A DNA stretch of 64,000 bases from Parcubacteria group bacterium (lineage in GTDB: Bacteria; Patescibacteriota; Minisyncoccia; Moranbacterales; UBA2206): NCBI GenBank assembly GCA_041661275.1, contig JBAZUU010000004.1:71480-135479 (forward strand), read 5' to 3'. Below are positions 27,301 to 36,075 of the stretch, piece by piece; positions within the stretch are counted from its first letter, which is position 1, and each line of letters opens with the position of its first letter. The notes under the pieces were generated by a model. The model was not told the DNA's origin and ran no database searches. It saw only the letters and a list, made by a program, of their open reading frames with translations. The translations under genes were made by a program, and so were the position numbers.

Positions 27301-27879
27301 GAGCGCGTCATTGGCAATTTTCTGTCGCGGGAAATTAGGATGATGCTGGATCTCCAGATAAAAATTACCGTGGCCAAAAATTTCGTCGTATTCTTTCGCC
27401 AGCCTTTCCGCTTTTTCCATATCGCCGGAAATGGCCGCGGCCGGCACTTCGCCTTCCGCGCAAGCGCTAAGACCGATGAGACCTTCGGAATGTTTTCTTA
27501 GTAATTCCTTATTGATGCGAGGTTTGTAATAGAATCCTTCCAGATGGGCGATAGAAATCAGTTTCATGAGGTTCTTGTAGCCCTTTTCATTTTTGCAAAG
27601 CAAGATCAGGTGATAGCGAGTTTTGTCTTCCGCAGTATTATTGTGGCTTTTATAGTCTCCGGCAGTGAGATAAAATTCGCAACCGATAATCGGTTTTATC
27701 CCTTTTTCTTTGGCTTTGATAAAAAACTCGATAGCGCCATAAAGAACGCCGTGATCGGTGATAGCGAGCGAATCCATTCCCAGTTCTTTGGCGCGATTAA
27801 GTAGGTCGTCGATTTTGGCAAGACCATCGAGGAGGGAGTAGTGGGAGTGGACGTGGAGATGGGTGAATTTGGGAGGCAT
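24328..27879 (-). CDS. dnaE: DNA polymerase III alpha subunit DnaE
   Basis: N-terminal PHP domain (HLHVHSHYSLLDG), polymerase core, OB fold. 1183 aa. Confidence 0.9.
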   Translation of the reverse strand: MPPKFTHLHVHSHYSLLDGLAKIDDLLNRAKELGMDSLAITDHGVLYGAIEFFIKAKEKGIKPIIGCEFYLTAGDYKSHNNTAEDKTRYHLILLCKNEKGYKNLMKLISIAHLEGFYYKPRINKELLRKHSEGLIGLSACAEGEVPAAAISGDMEKAERLAKEYDEIFGHGNFYLEIQHHPNFPRQKIANDALKKISKKLDIPLVATNDIHYVNSGDNSIQDILLCIQTNRKVQEDNRMNLMAFELWLKSPEEMYEHFKDVPEALENTQKIVEACNLEIKLGETQLPHFDVPDGYNAESYLRKLTEEGLHKKFGENPGEEYLKRMEYELDIIQKTGFASYFLIVQDFVNWAKDQGIVVGPGRGSAAGSFVSYLIGITNIDPVKYDLLFERFLNPERISMPDVDMDFADDRRDEVLDYVREKYGNDHVAQIITFGTMAARAAIRDAGRALGLPYDFCDKTAKLIPMFSGIEDALKNVKEFSDLYGSGEDAKKLIDSAKRLEGVARHASMHACGVVITREPVVEYTPLQKIIGKESGAVTQYSSSTKYSFIEKIGLLKMDFLGLKNLTIIQNTLRILKKTKGVEINIDDIPADDPKAFKLLQDARTTGVFQLESSGMKRYLKLLKPNVFEDIIAMVALYRPGPMDWIPDFIARKHGERQIRYLHPLLEPILGKTYGVAVYQEQVMQIAQSMAGFSLGEADVLRKAMGKKVFALIQEERAKFIDGCLRQGISSVIAEEVFSFIEPFAGYGFNRSHAACYALIGYQTAYLKAHYPAEFMAALLTSDQDDIDRVAIEIAEVREMGIEVLPPNINESFEEFAVIIDPTDKKERIRFGLNAVKNVGHTIAHEVVEERKRNGKFKSITDLIERVHHKDLNKKSIEALAKVGALDDLGERNQIITSIEMILAHSKNLERIKNSSQASLFGEEEINLPQITLASAPEATAKQKLTWEKELLGLYISDHPVKDYQDYFNKVATNIRNINQSSVGQNVSVGGIISKIKKIYTKSQQMMCFVTIESVDSSIELLVFPKVLERLGSVFEEEKIIIASGRVSDKDGNFKILVDNAKIVDQKEVENMKRIMATQKRNTPSKPLLPSGEGACQNFSENLRQADEGQTIHNPKLFITLPAECGQESIKKLSQFFDSCDRGAMKVILEINNSKLETPYCIKKLDDIQEKIKAVLPEGKVTIL
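24565..24625. repeat. Family-B-like palindromic element inside the dnaE CDS (near the C-terminus)
   Basis: ccgcctgccgtaaattttcagaaaaattttggcaggc + cccttctcccgaagggagaagggg, translated in frame as ...KPLLPSGEGACQNFSENLRQADEG... Confidence 0.4.
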
Positions 27880-27903
27880 AATAATTTTATTATTTTGACT
27901 TAT

Positions 27904-28033
27904 CCGTCATTCCGAGCGAGCACGAATGAAATGAAGTGCGAGTCGAGGAATCTGCCAAATGGGTTTACTAGTAATATTATTAAGTAGATCTCTCGACTCG
28001 CTCTCCCTATGGTCGAGCTCGCTCGAGATGACG
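27904..28033. repeat. Family-A MITE-like repeat, copy 2 (diverged)
   Basis: ccgtcattccgagcgagcacgaatgaaatgaagtgcgagtcgaggaatctgccaaat...agatctctcgactcgctc...gctcgagatgacg. Confidence 0.6.
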
Positions 28034-28452
28034 ATAAAATTGGAAATAATAAAAACCACCTGTTAAAGTAGTCTAAAAAAATTTCTCTGAATAATATATT
28101 ACCACCATACTTTTTTTATCCTCATAGCCCAGGTTGCCCTTTGGGATTTGCAGGATAGTTATGGATATATAGTAGCATACAATATTATAACAAAAAAGAC
28201 CCGGGTTTACCGGTCTTCTTTTTTGCTTTTTATTTTTCTCGAGATTTGTTGTTTTTTCTAAATCTATCTCTCATGATAAGATAGATTGAGAAATAATAAC
28301 CAAAGAACTTTACGAACCCCGCACTAATTCCGAGTAAAATATAATAAACATATAATTTTTACCACGGAATCGCCTGCGGCTTAAAATCGGATAACTTCAA
28401 AGTCTATTTCTTGAATTAGTGCGGGGCAGGCACCATATTATTTTACTACTGT

Positions 28453-29157
28453 ATGAAAAAACAGTCAATATCAAAAATACTAAAAACTGAACAAAAATAT
28501 CTGGACAATGGATACGATTTTGTTATTGGCATAGATGAGGCAGGACGGGGGCCGTTGGCGGGGCCAGTAGTGGCTTGCGCGGTTTGTTATAGGAATGGAG
28601 GCTCGGCCTCCATTATGGAGGCCGAGCCTCCAAAGCGATTTGAGTCAATAAAGGATAGTAAAAAGCTTTCTGAAAAGCAGCGGGAAGAATTATATGATTT
28701 TATACACGAGCATTTCCATGTCGGTATTGGAATCTGTGACCACAAAACAATCGATAGGATAAATATTTTGGAAGCGACGTATCTTTCTATGAAAAAAGCG
28801 CTTACCTTCCTAACATCCGATGTTAGGATGAATAAGATGATAGTGTTGGTCGATGGCAATAAAGTTATTCCCAATTGCAGTTATGAACAAAAAGCGATTG
28901 TTAACGGCGACAATATTGTGAAATCAATTTCGGCGGCTTCGATCATTGCCAAAGTGACGCGGGATCGGATGATGAAAAAAATGCACGATAAATATCCGAA
29001 GTATAATTTTGCTTCTCATAAGGGATATGGGACGAAATTGCATATGGAAATGATAAAAAAGCATGGAGCTTGTGAGATACATAGGAAGAGCTTTAGACCC
29101 TGCAATCTTAAGAGAGTCTCTTCTGCCCGTCATTCTGAGCGGAATCGAGTCCGTTAG
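28453..29157 (+). CDS. rnhB: Ribonuclease HII (C-terminus extended by read-through into a MITE copy; internal in-frame palindrome)
   Basis: FVIGIDEAGRGPLAGPVVACAV catalytic motif. An internal NGGSASIMEAEPPK segment is encoded by the perfect palindrome at 28597-28635. The last ~12 aa (ARHSERNRVR) come from the repeat at 29127. Confidence 0.85.
   Translation: MKKQSISKILKTEQKYLDNGYDFVIGIDEAGRGPLAGPVVACAVCYRNGGSASIMEAEPPKRFESIKDSKKLSEKQREELYDFIHEHFHVGIGICDHKTIDRINILEATYLSMKKALTFLTSDVRMNKMIVLVDGNKVIPNCSYEQKAIVNGDNIVKSISAASIIAKVTRDRMMKKMHDKYPKYNFASHKGYGTKLHMEMIKKHGACEIHRKSFRPCNLKRVSSARHSERNRVR
28597..28635. repeat. Perfect 15-bp-stem palindrome inside the rnhB CDS
   Basis: ggaggctcggcctcc attat ggaggccgagcctcc. 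Confidence 0.6.
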
Positions 29158-29263
29158 GACGAGATGAAGTCGAAGAATCTGCCAAATAATATTACTAGTG
29201 GTATTTTTGAGTAGATCCTTCGACTTCGTTCGGATAAAATCCTCACTACGCTCAGGATGACGG
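29127..29263. repeat. Family-A MITE-like repeat, copy 3 (overlaps the 3' end of rnhB)
   Basis: ccgtcattctgagcggaatcgagtccgttaggacgagatgaagtcgaagaatctgccaaat...agatccttcgacttcgttcgg...cgctcaggatgacgg. Confidence 0.7.
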
Positions 29264-29307
29264 ACTGTTTTGTTGATTTTTGCGTTTAATTGGGATAATA
29301 TGTAACT

Positions 29308-30906
29308 ATGAAGGAAGAGATAAAAAAAGTCTTAAAAAAATCTTTAAACGAAACAAAAACCCAAGAAAACTGGGATATTTCTGAAATGCCTGAAATTGAA
29401 GTAGATTATCCTCGTGACGAGCAATTTGGCGATTTTACCACCAATATTGCTATGGTTTTGGCTAAAATTATCAAGAAAAACCCCTTGGAAATAGCGGCGG
29501 CTATAAAAGAAAACATCAAGTCCAATGTAATAAAAAATGTGGATATTGTCGCTCCGGGGTACATCAATGTTACCCTAAAAACGAAGTATTTGCAGAAAAT
29601 AGTGGCTCAAATCGCAGAATATGGCAAGAAATTCGGCGAAAATGACCTCGGAAAGGGTCAAAAGGTGCTTTTGGAGTTCATTTCATCCAATCCAACAGGT
29701 CCAATTCACATCGGAAATGCCCGAGGAGGGCCACTGGGCGACACTTTGGCGCGTGTTTTAGAGAAAACCGGCTATAAAACAGAGAGGGAATTCTATATCA
29801 ATGACTGGGGCAATCAGATCGAAATTCTGGGTCATTCAGTTTTAGGCGACAGTGAAGCGCAATATTCCGGCGACTATATCAAAATTCTTACGGAGAAAAT
29901 GGATAAAAAAATAACCAACCCGTTGGAAATCGGCCATTGGGCGGCGCATAAAATTATTCAAGAATATATCAAACCGACATGCAAAAAAGCGGGAATAAAA
30001 TTCGACAGTTGGTACAGTGAAAAAGATGAGTTGCACGAAAAAGATAAAGTAGGAGAAATAATAAAATTTATTGAAGAAAAGGGATTGACCTATGAAAAAG
30101 AAGGCGCGCTTTGGTATAAATCTATCCAGTTTGGTGATGACAAAGATCGAGTGCTAGTGAAATCCGATGGCAAAAAAACATACATTGCTACCGATTTTGC
30201 TTATCATAAAGAAAAAGCAGATAGGGGATATAATAAACTAATTAATATCCAAGGCGCCGACCATCACAAAGAGGCGGAAGTAGTGAAAAATTTTACGGAA
30301 AAAGTATTAGGTGCAAAAATAAAAGTTGATTATATCCTGACGCAAATTGTCAAAGTGGTTGAAAATGGAGTGGAGGTAAAAATGTCCAAAAGAAAGGGGA
30401 CATATTTTGCCCTTGATGATCTCATCGATGAAGTAGGAAAAGACGCGGTGCGGTTTATCTTCCTTTCCTATTCATCGACCAATCACATCAATTTCGATAT
30501 TAATTTAGCGAAAGTTCAATCAGACAAAAATCCGGTCTATTATGTCCAGTATGCTCACGCCAGAATATCTTCAATCCTCAAAAAGGCCAAGACTCTCAAT
30601 TTCAAATTCGATAAGAAAAATTCTGCCGAGCTTCTGACCCACGAAAAAGAGATAGGCCTCATCCGTGAACTTTCCAAATTTCCAGCGCTTCTCGAAGAAA
30701 TTTCCCAAAGTTATGAAGTGCACAGGCTGCCATTTTACGCTATGAAACTGGCCGATAAGTTCCATTCGTTCTATGGTGCTTGCAAAGTGCTGGACGAAAA
30801 GAATAGTGAACTGACACGCGCTAGACTAAACCTGGTGAATGCTGTTAAGATAGTACTAGCTGAAGTATTGGAGTTGATGGGAGTGGAGGCGCCGGAAAAA
30901 ATGTAG
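29308..30906 (+). CDS. argS: Arginyl-tRNA synthetase
   Basis: Class I motifs: SNPTGPIHIGNARGG (HIGH region) and a KMSK variant (KMSKRKG). C-terminal DALR anticodon-binding domain. Confidence 0.9.
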   Translation: MKEEIKKVLKKSLNETKTQENWDISEMPEIEVDYPRDEQFGDFTTNIAMVLAKIIKKNPLEIAAAIKENIKSNVIKNVDIVAPGYINVTLKTKYLQKIVAQIAEYGKKFGENDLGKGQKVLLEFISSNPTGPIHIGNARGGPLGDTLARVLEKTGYKTEREFYINDWGNQIEILGHSVLGDSEAQYSGDYIKILTEKMDKKITNPLEIGHWAAHKIIQEYIKPTCKKAGIKFDSWYSEKDELHEKDKVGEIIKFIEEKGLTYEKEGALWYKSIQFGDDKDRVLVKSDGKKTYIATDFAYHKEKADRGYNKLINIQGADHHKEAEVVKNFTEKVLGAKIKVDYILTQIVKVVENGVEVKMSKRKGTYFALDDLIDEVGKDAVRFIFLSYSSTNHINFDINLAKVQSDKNPVYYVQYAHARISSILKKAKTLNFKFDKKNSAELLTHEKEIGLIRELSKFPALLEEISQSYEVHRLPFYAMKLADKFHSFYGACKVLDEKNSELTRARLNLVNAVKIVLAEVLELMGVEAPEKM

Positions 30907-31020
30907 CTCTTTACTAATTACTAATTTTGTACGAATATACCAATTACGAATAAAAAATTAGTATATTAGTATGAGAATCGTAATTAGTAAAGATTTATCT
31001 AATTATAAATCACTAAATGT

Positions 31021-32184
31021 ATGAGGATCGGTATCGATGCAAGGACTATACTGAATCCGGAAAAAGGCGAGGCGATCGGGGTAGGGCATTATACCTACCA
31101 GTTGATCCGTCATCTTCTGGAGATCGATTCTGAAAACGAATATGTTTTGTTTTTTGATTTTCGCGTTCGGGAAAAAGACGTCAAAAAATTCACCAAGCTC
31201 AATGTGAAAATAAAATTCTACCCGTTTTCTGATTATAAAAAATATCTGCCCGGAGCCTACAATGAAATTTTGGGCATGGCGACACTCGCGCGAGAAAAAT
31301 TGGATGTTATTCATTCCACTTCTCCATCAAGCCGGATCCCGACCAGCTATCGCGGAAAAACTATCGTTACTGTGCATGATCTGGCTTCATACAAAGTGCC
31401 GGATATCTTTCCGAGCTTCAAAGTAGCAAAATACAAAGCGACAATGAACCTTATGGTATCCAAAGCCGACAAAATTATTGCCGTTTCCAATTCCACCAAA
31501 AAAGATCTGTGTGACATTTTTGGATGCAACGAGGATAAGATAAGAGTCATTTATTCCGGTTTTGATAAGCGCCTACTCGAAGAATCAAAGGTCAGCCGGG
31601 AAAAAGTTTTGGAAAAATATGGGATTAATGACGGCAAAAAATATATTCTGTTTTTGGGAACTCTTGAGCCGGTGAAAAATCTGACGAGACTTTTTGAGGC
31701 TTATAAAATATTTAAAGAGAAATGTGGTAAGGGAAGTGGGAGTTGTGATTATAAATTGGTCATTGCCGGAAAGAAAGGTTGGCTTGGGAAAGAATATCGG
31801 CAAATAGTAAAAGATCTCGGTATCGCCAAAGACGTAATTTTTACCGGTTATATAATCGGCGATGAGCTTGTGCCGCTTTTCAAAAACGCCGATTTTTTCG
31901 TGATGCCTTCACTTTATGAAGGATTTGGCACAACTGTTCTTGAAGCTTTTGCTACCGGCACGCCAGCCATCGTTTCGGGCGTTTCTTCCATTCCGGAACT
32001 AGCCGGAGATGCGGCGGTTCTCGTCAATCCGCTAAACACCCAGGAAATCGCTGATGCTATGGTTAAATTAGCAGGAGATGACAAATTGCGCTATGACCTG
32101 CGACAACTTGGTTTCCATCAGGTGGAAAAATTTGATTGGAAAAAGACGGCGAAAGAAACTCTTGAAGTTTATAAAAATGTATAA
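31021..32184 (+). CDS. Glycosyltransferase family 4 (GT-B fold)
   Basis: MRIGIDARTI... N-terminus and a C-terminal EGFGTTVLEAFATGTPAIVS GT1/GT4 motif. Confidence 0.8.
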   Translation: MRIGIDARTILNPEKGEAIGVGHYTYQLIRHLLEIDSENEYVLFFDFRVREKDVKKFTKLNVKIKFYPFSDYKKYLPGAYNEILGMATLAREKLDVIHSTSPSSRIPTSYRGKTIVTVHDLASYKVPDIFPSFKVAKYKATMNLMVSKADKIIAVSNSTKKDLCDIFGCNEDKIRVIYSGFDKRLLEESKVSREKVLEKYGINDGKKYILFLGTLEPVKNLTRLFEAYKIFKEKCGKGSGSCDYKLVIAGKKGWLGKEYRQIVKDLGIAKDVIFTGYIIGDELVPLFKNADFFVMPSLYEGFGTTVLEAFATGTPAIVSGVSSIPELAGDAAVLVNPLNTQEIADAMVKLAGDDKLRYDLRQLGFHQVEKFDWKKTAKETLEVYKNV

Positions 32185-35110
32185 GAAGATTGATCCTAAA
32201 ATGAATCTTCCAAAGATGGAGGAAGACGTTTTGAAATTTTGGGAGGAAAATAAAATATTTGAAAAGTCTTTAGAGAATAGAAAGGATGCGCCTTTGTATT
32301 CTTTTTATGATGGACCACCATTTGCCACTGGCCTTCCGCATCACGGGCATCTTTTAGCTTCAACCTCAAAAGATGTTGTTCCTCGCTTTTGGACAATGAA
32401 GGGATATAATGTTCCGCGAAGATGGGGATGGGATACCCACGGTTTGCCAATCGAAAATATTGTCGAGAAAAAATTAGGTTATAAGGGCAAGAAAGAAATC
32501 GAGGAAAATATTTCTAAATTTAATGAAGAAGCAAAAAACACAGTTCTTCAATTTGCCGATGAGTGGAAAAAAACTATCCGAAGAATTGGACGTTGGGTGG
32601 ATTTTGATAATTCCTATAAAACCATGGATTCAACTTTTATGGAATCAGTTTGGTGGGGGTTTAAGGAGTTGGATAAAAAAGGACTGGTTTATAAGGATTC
32701 AAGAATTTCGTTATACTGTCCGCATTGTGCTACACCACTTTCTAATTTCGAGATTGCTATGGACAATTCCTACAAGATGGATAAAGATGTTTCGATTTAT
32801 GTGAAAATTGGCTTAAAAGATAATCCAGGAACTTACTTTTTAGTCTGGACAACAACTCCCTGGACACTGTTAGCTAATGTTGCACTCGCTGTTGGAGAAA
32901 AAATAAAATATGTAGAAGTAAGATATGACAAAGAAAAATATATTATAGCCAAAGACCTTATAGATAAAGTAATTCCGGAAGATGATTATGAACTTATCAG
33001 CGAGTTTGATGGAAAGGATCTGATTGGAAAGGAATATGATCCGATTTTTCCTCATAATATCGAAAATGGGTACCGTGTGGTGGCGGGAGATTTTGTGAAT
33101 ATTGAAGATGGAACAGGGATAGTTCATTTAGCGCCAGCTTATGGGGAAGATGACTTTCAAGCGAGAAAGAAAAATAACTTGCCTCTAATTGAAAATGTTG
33201 ACGATGAAGGGCAATTCACGGAAGGGCAGTGGAAAGGAATGAATGTTTGGGATGCTAATTTTAAGGTTGTTGGGTATATCCATGAAAAAGGATTGTTATT
33301 CAAAAAAGAAAACATCACTCACTCTTATCCACATTGCTATCGATGTGACGCGAAATTAATTTATAAGGCTCAACCAGCCTGGTTTATAAAAGTATCAGAG
33401 TTTAAAGATGAGTTGATAAGCGAAAACGAAAATATTAACTGGCATCCAGAACATTTGAAACATGGAAGATTTTTGAACGGCTTGGAAAACGCGCCAGATT
33501 GGAATGTTTCACGCTCCCGATATTGGGGAAACCCGATGCCTATTTGGGAATGTGAAAAATGTAAAGAAATAGAAATTGTTGGATCATACGATGAGCTGGA
33601 AAAACTTTCTGGAAAAAAGCTCGATGATTATCACAGGCCATTTATTGACGAGATAACTTTTGACTGTGAAAAATGCAAAGGCAAGATGAAAAGAGTTTTA
33701 GATGTGTTTGATTGTTGGGTAGAATCAGGATCGATGCCTTTTGCAGAATTTCATTATCCTTTCGAAAACAAAGAGATATTTGAAAAAAGATTTCCGGCAC
33801 AATTTATATCCGAATATATCGCCCAGACGCGAGGCTGGTTTTATACTCTTCACGTTTTGTCGGTCGGACTTTTTGAAAAACCCAGTTTTATAAACGCAGT
33901 AACGACCGGGACGATTGCTGGAAGCGACGGAAAAAAAATGTCAAAGTCGCAAGGAAATTTTACTGATCCTAATGTCCTTCTTGATAAATATGGAGCAGAT
34001 TCTTTCAGATTTTATTTGATGCAATCTTCTCTTATGGAAGGGGAGAATCTAAATTTTCTCGATAAAGATCTGGAAGCTATCTTTAAAGGAATGTTTCGCA
34101 TGATGTGGAATTCATATTCGTTTTTTGTGCTTTATGCCAACGTCGACAAATGGAATCCTGATCCTAAAACCGGGTTTTGGGATGAATCCCAAAACCCGGT
34201 TTTAGGAAGCCGAAATATTTTAGACCGCTGGATAGTTTCTGAATTACAAACGCTCATTAAAGATGTTAATGAAAATATGGAAAATTATGAGTTGACCAGA
34301 GCAGCGAGGCTGTTTCCAAAATTTATCGACAATCTTTCCAATTGGTATATCAGGCGTTCCAGAAGGAGATTTTGGAAGTCGGAGTCCGACTCCGATAAAA
34401 AAGAAGCCTATGAAACTTTGCATTATGTTTTGGTGACGCTTTCAAAACTGATGGCGCCATTCACGCCGTTCATCGCGGAGGAGATATTTCGGAATTTATC
34501 AGACGCAGGGAACAAAAATTTTTGTTCCGTACACCTCCAGGATTTTCCGGTGGCCGATGAAAAATTGATTGATGAAAAATTAAATGAAGAGATGGCAAAA
34601 GTGAGAGACATTATCACACAAGGCTTGCAACTTCGCGCGATGGCGAAAATAAAAGTCAGACAGCCATTGGAAAAATTTTTGATTGCCAATTTGGAGCTTT
34701 CTCATAAAGAACTTTTGGAAATCATCCGTGAAGAAATGAATGTGAAGAAGGTTGAGATGGTGGAAAAAGTCAAAGAAGGGGAAAGCTGGATAATCGGGGA
34801 GATTGGGGAAATTAGCGTTGGTTTAAATATTGAGATCACCGAAGAACTTAGGCTGGAAGGTGTGGCGCGGGAGATAATCCGGCATATTCAGGAGATGCGA
34901 AAAGAGGCCGGGTATGATGTTGACAACCGGATAAAAGTATGCTATGCTGGTTGGTCAGTGGTTTTCGAGAAATTTGGCGATCTGATCGCCAAGGAAACTC
35001 TGGCTGATTCTTTACAAAATAATAAACCGGATCAATCCGATCTGGAAAAGGAATTTAATATTGAGGGGGAAAAAGTTCTTATTTATATAAAACGAACCAA
35101 AAATACATAA
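32177..35110 (+). CDS. ileS: Isoleucyl-tRNA synthetase
   Basis: PPFATGLPHHGHL (HIGH), KMSKSQGN (KMSKS), CP1 editing domain and zinc-finger C-terminus. The ATG overlaps the stop of the GT4 gene (ATGTATAA). Confidence 0.9.
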   Translation: MYKKIDPKMNLPKMEEDVLKFWEENKIFEKSLENRKDAPLYSFYDGPPFATGLPHHGHLLASTSKDVVPRFWTMKGYNVPRRWGWDTHGLPIENIVEKKLGYKGKKEIEENISKFNEEAKNTVLQFADEWKKTIRRIGRWVDFDNSYKTMDSTFMESVWWGFKELDKKGLVYKDSRISLYCPHCATPLSNFEIAMDNSYKMDKDVSIYVKIGLKDNPGTYFLVWTTTPWTLLANVALAVGEKIKYVEVRYDKEKYIIAKDLIDKVIPEDDYELISEFDGKDLIGKEYDPIFPHNIENGYRVVAGDFVNIEDGTGIVHLAPAYGEDDFQARKKNNLPLIENVDDEGQFTEGQWKGMNVWDANFKVVGYIHEKGLLFKKENITHSYPHCYRCDAKLIYKAQPAWFIKVSEFKDELISENENINWHPEHLKHGRFLNGLENAPDWNVSRSRYWGNPMPIWECEKCKEIEIVGSYDELEKLSGKKLDDYHRPFIDEITFDCEKCKGKMKRVLDVFDCWVESGSMPFAEFHYPFENKEIFEKRFPAQFISEYIAQTRGWFYTLHVLSVGLFEKPSFINAVTTGTIAGSDGKKMSKSQGNFTDPNVLLDKYGADSFRFYLMQSSLMEGENLNFLDKDLEAIFKGMFRMMWNSYSFFVLYANVDKWNPDPKTGFWDESQNPVLGSRNILDRWIVSELQTLIKDVNENMENYELTRAARLFPKFIDNLSNWYIRRSRRRFWKSESDSDKKEAYETLHYVLVTLSKLMAPFTPFIAEEIFRNLSDAGNKNFCSVHLQDFPVADEKLIDEKLNEEMAKVRDIITQGLQLRAMAKIKVRQPLEKFLIANLELSHKELLEIIREEMNVKKVEMVEKVKEGESWIIGEIGEISVGLNIEITEELRLEGVAREIIRHIQEMRKEAGYDVDNRIKVCYAGWSVVFEKFGDLIAKETLADSLQNNKPDQSDLEKEFNIEGEKVLIYIKRTKNT

Positions 35111-35120
35111 CCCAACCTCT

Positions 35121-35309
35121 ATGTCCCGAAAGGAGCTATTTATGGCTAAGATACTGGATTTTCCGAAAAAGATGGCTTCCGCCAATTCTTCAGATGTGGA
35201 TAGGGAAGAAACAGGAAAGACTCCTGAGTCCAGCAAGGAGGTGACACCTATTGAAATTGACTGGGAGCATATCAAAAAGAGAATGTTTCTGGATGACATC
35301 GGCGCCTAA
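35121..35309 (+). CDS. Hypothetical small acidic protein (62 aa)
   Basis: ORF directly after ileS with a moderate SD. Confidence 0.3.
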   Translation: MSRKELFMAKILDFPKKMASANSSDVDREETGKTPESSKEVTPIEIDWEHIKKRMFLDDIGA

Positions 35310-35336
35310 TTTTTCCGAATGCGAAAGGGGAGCGTC

Positions 35337-35474
35337 ATGAGACAATTTATTTCTGTGTGTGAATGGATTGACACTGCTCCGGAAGAGGTGTTTGTCGCGT
35401 TTCTTCTGGTTGCGACGTTGGTTATTATAGTCATCAACGATCTCCTCCGAAAAAAGGGGAGATCGGAAGTCTGA
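35337..35474 (+). CDS. Hypothetical small single-TM peptide (45 aa); a paralogous unit follows at ~35613
   Basis: SD aaggggag before the ATG. The upstream context atgcgaaaggggagcg is duplicated ahead of a second hydrophobic peptide ORF (MGLLLLGVWITGLGLAFGL...). Confidence 0.3.
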   Translation: MRQFISVCEWIDTAPEEVFVAFLLVATLVIIVINDLLRKKGRSEV

Positions 35475-36075
35475 CAGGGAGGGAGGGGAATGACAGTACT
35501 ATTAATCGCACTCGGTGTTTTTGTCTGGTTTCTCGTCGTTTCCGTGACGCGCCAAACCTTTAAGAAAAACAAAGAGACGGTGAACGTTTTTCCCGTATGC
35601 GAAAGGGGGCGATATGGGATTATTGCTTCTGGGCGTTTGGATAACAGGGTTGGGTCTTGCGTTTGGCCTTTGCCGATGCATGGCTCTCGTATCAATCCGT
35701 CTGGTTGAGGCCGAGGAACGGAGGCGGGGCGTGATCATTTCTTCTTCAGAAGAGCCTGCCGACTAAAGATTTATTTTTTGGCAGAGTATCTTCAAAAGTC
35801 TCTCGTGGAGAAATTTTCTGCGGGAGCTTTTTTTATTTCCCCTTGACAAAAATATAGGGCGGTTTTGGAAGAAATAAAAAATAGAAAAAAATGCGTGTTC
35901 AAGCTTGATTTTTTCTTTTAGACGTGCTATAATGGATATAGAAAGTTAAAGAAGTTGCTCGCGGGAGCCATAACCCTGTAAAGTTCCGCAACGGAACCAC
36001 GGGGCAAGAAACGGGTGTAGGCCCGTTTTAAGTATTTTCTGGGGGAACAATAACCCAGAGTTAATTATTGCCAAA

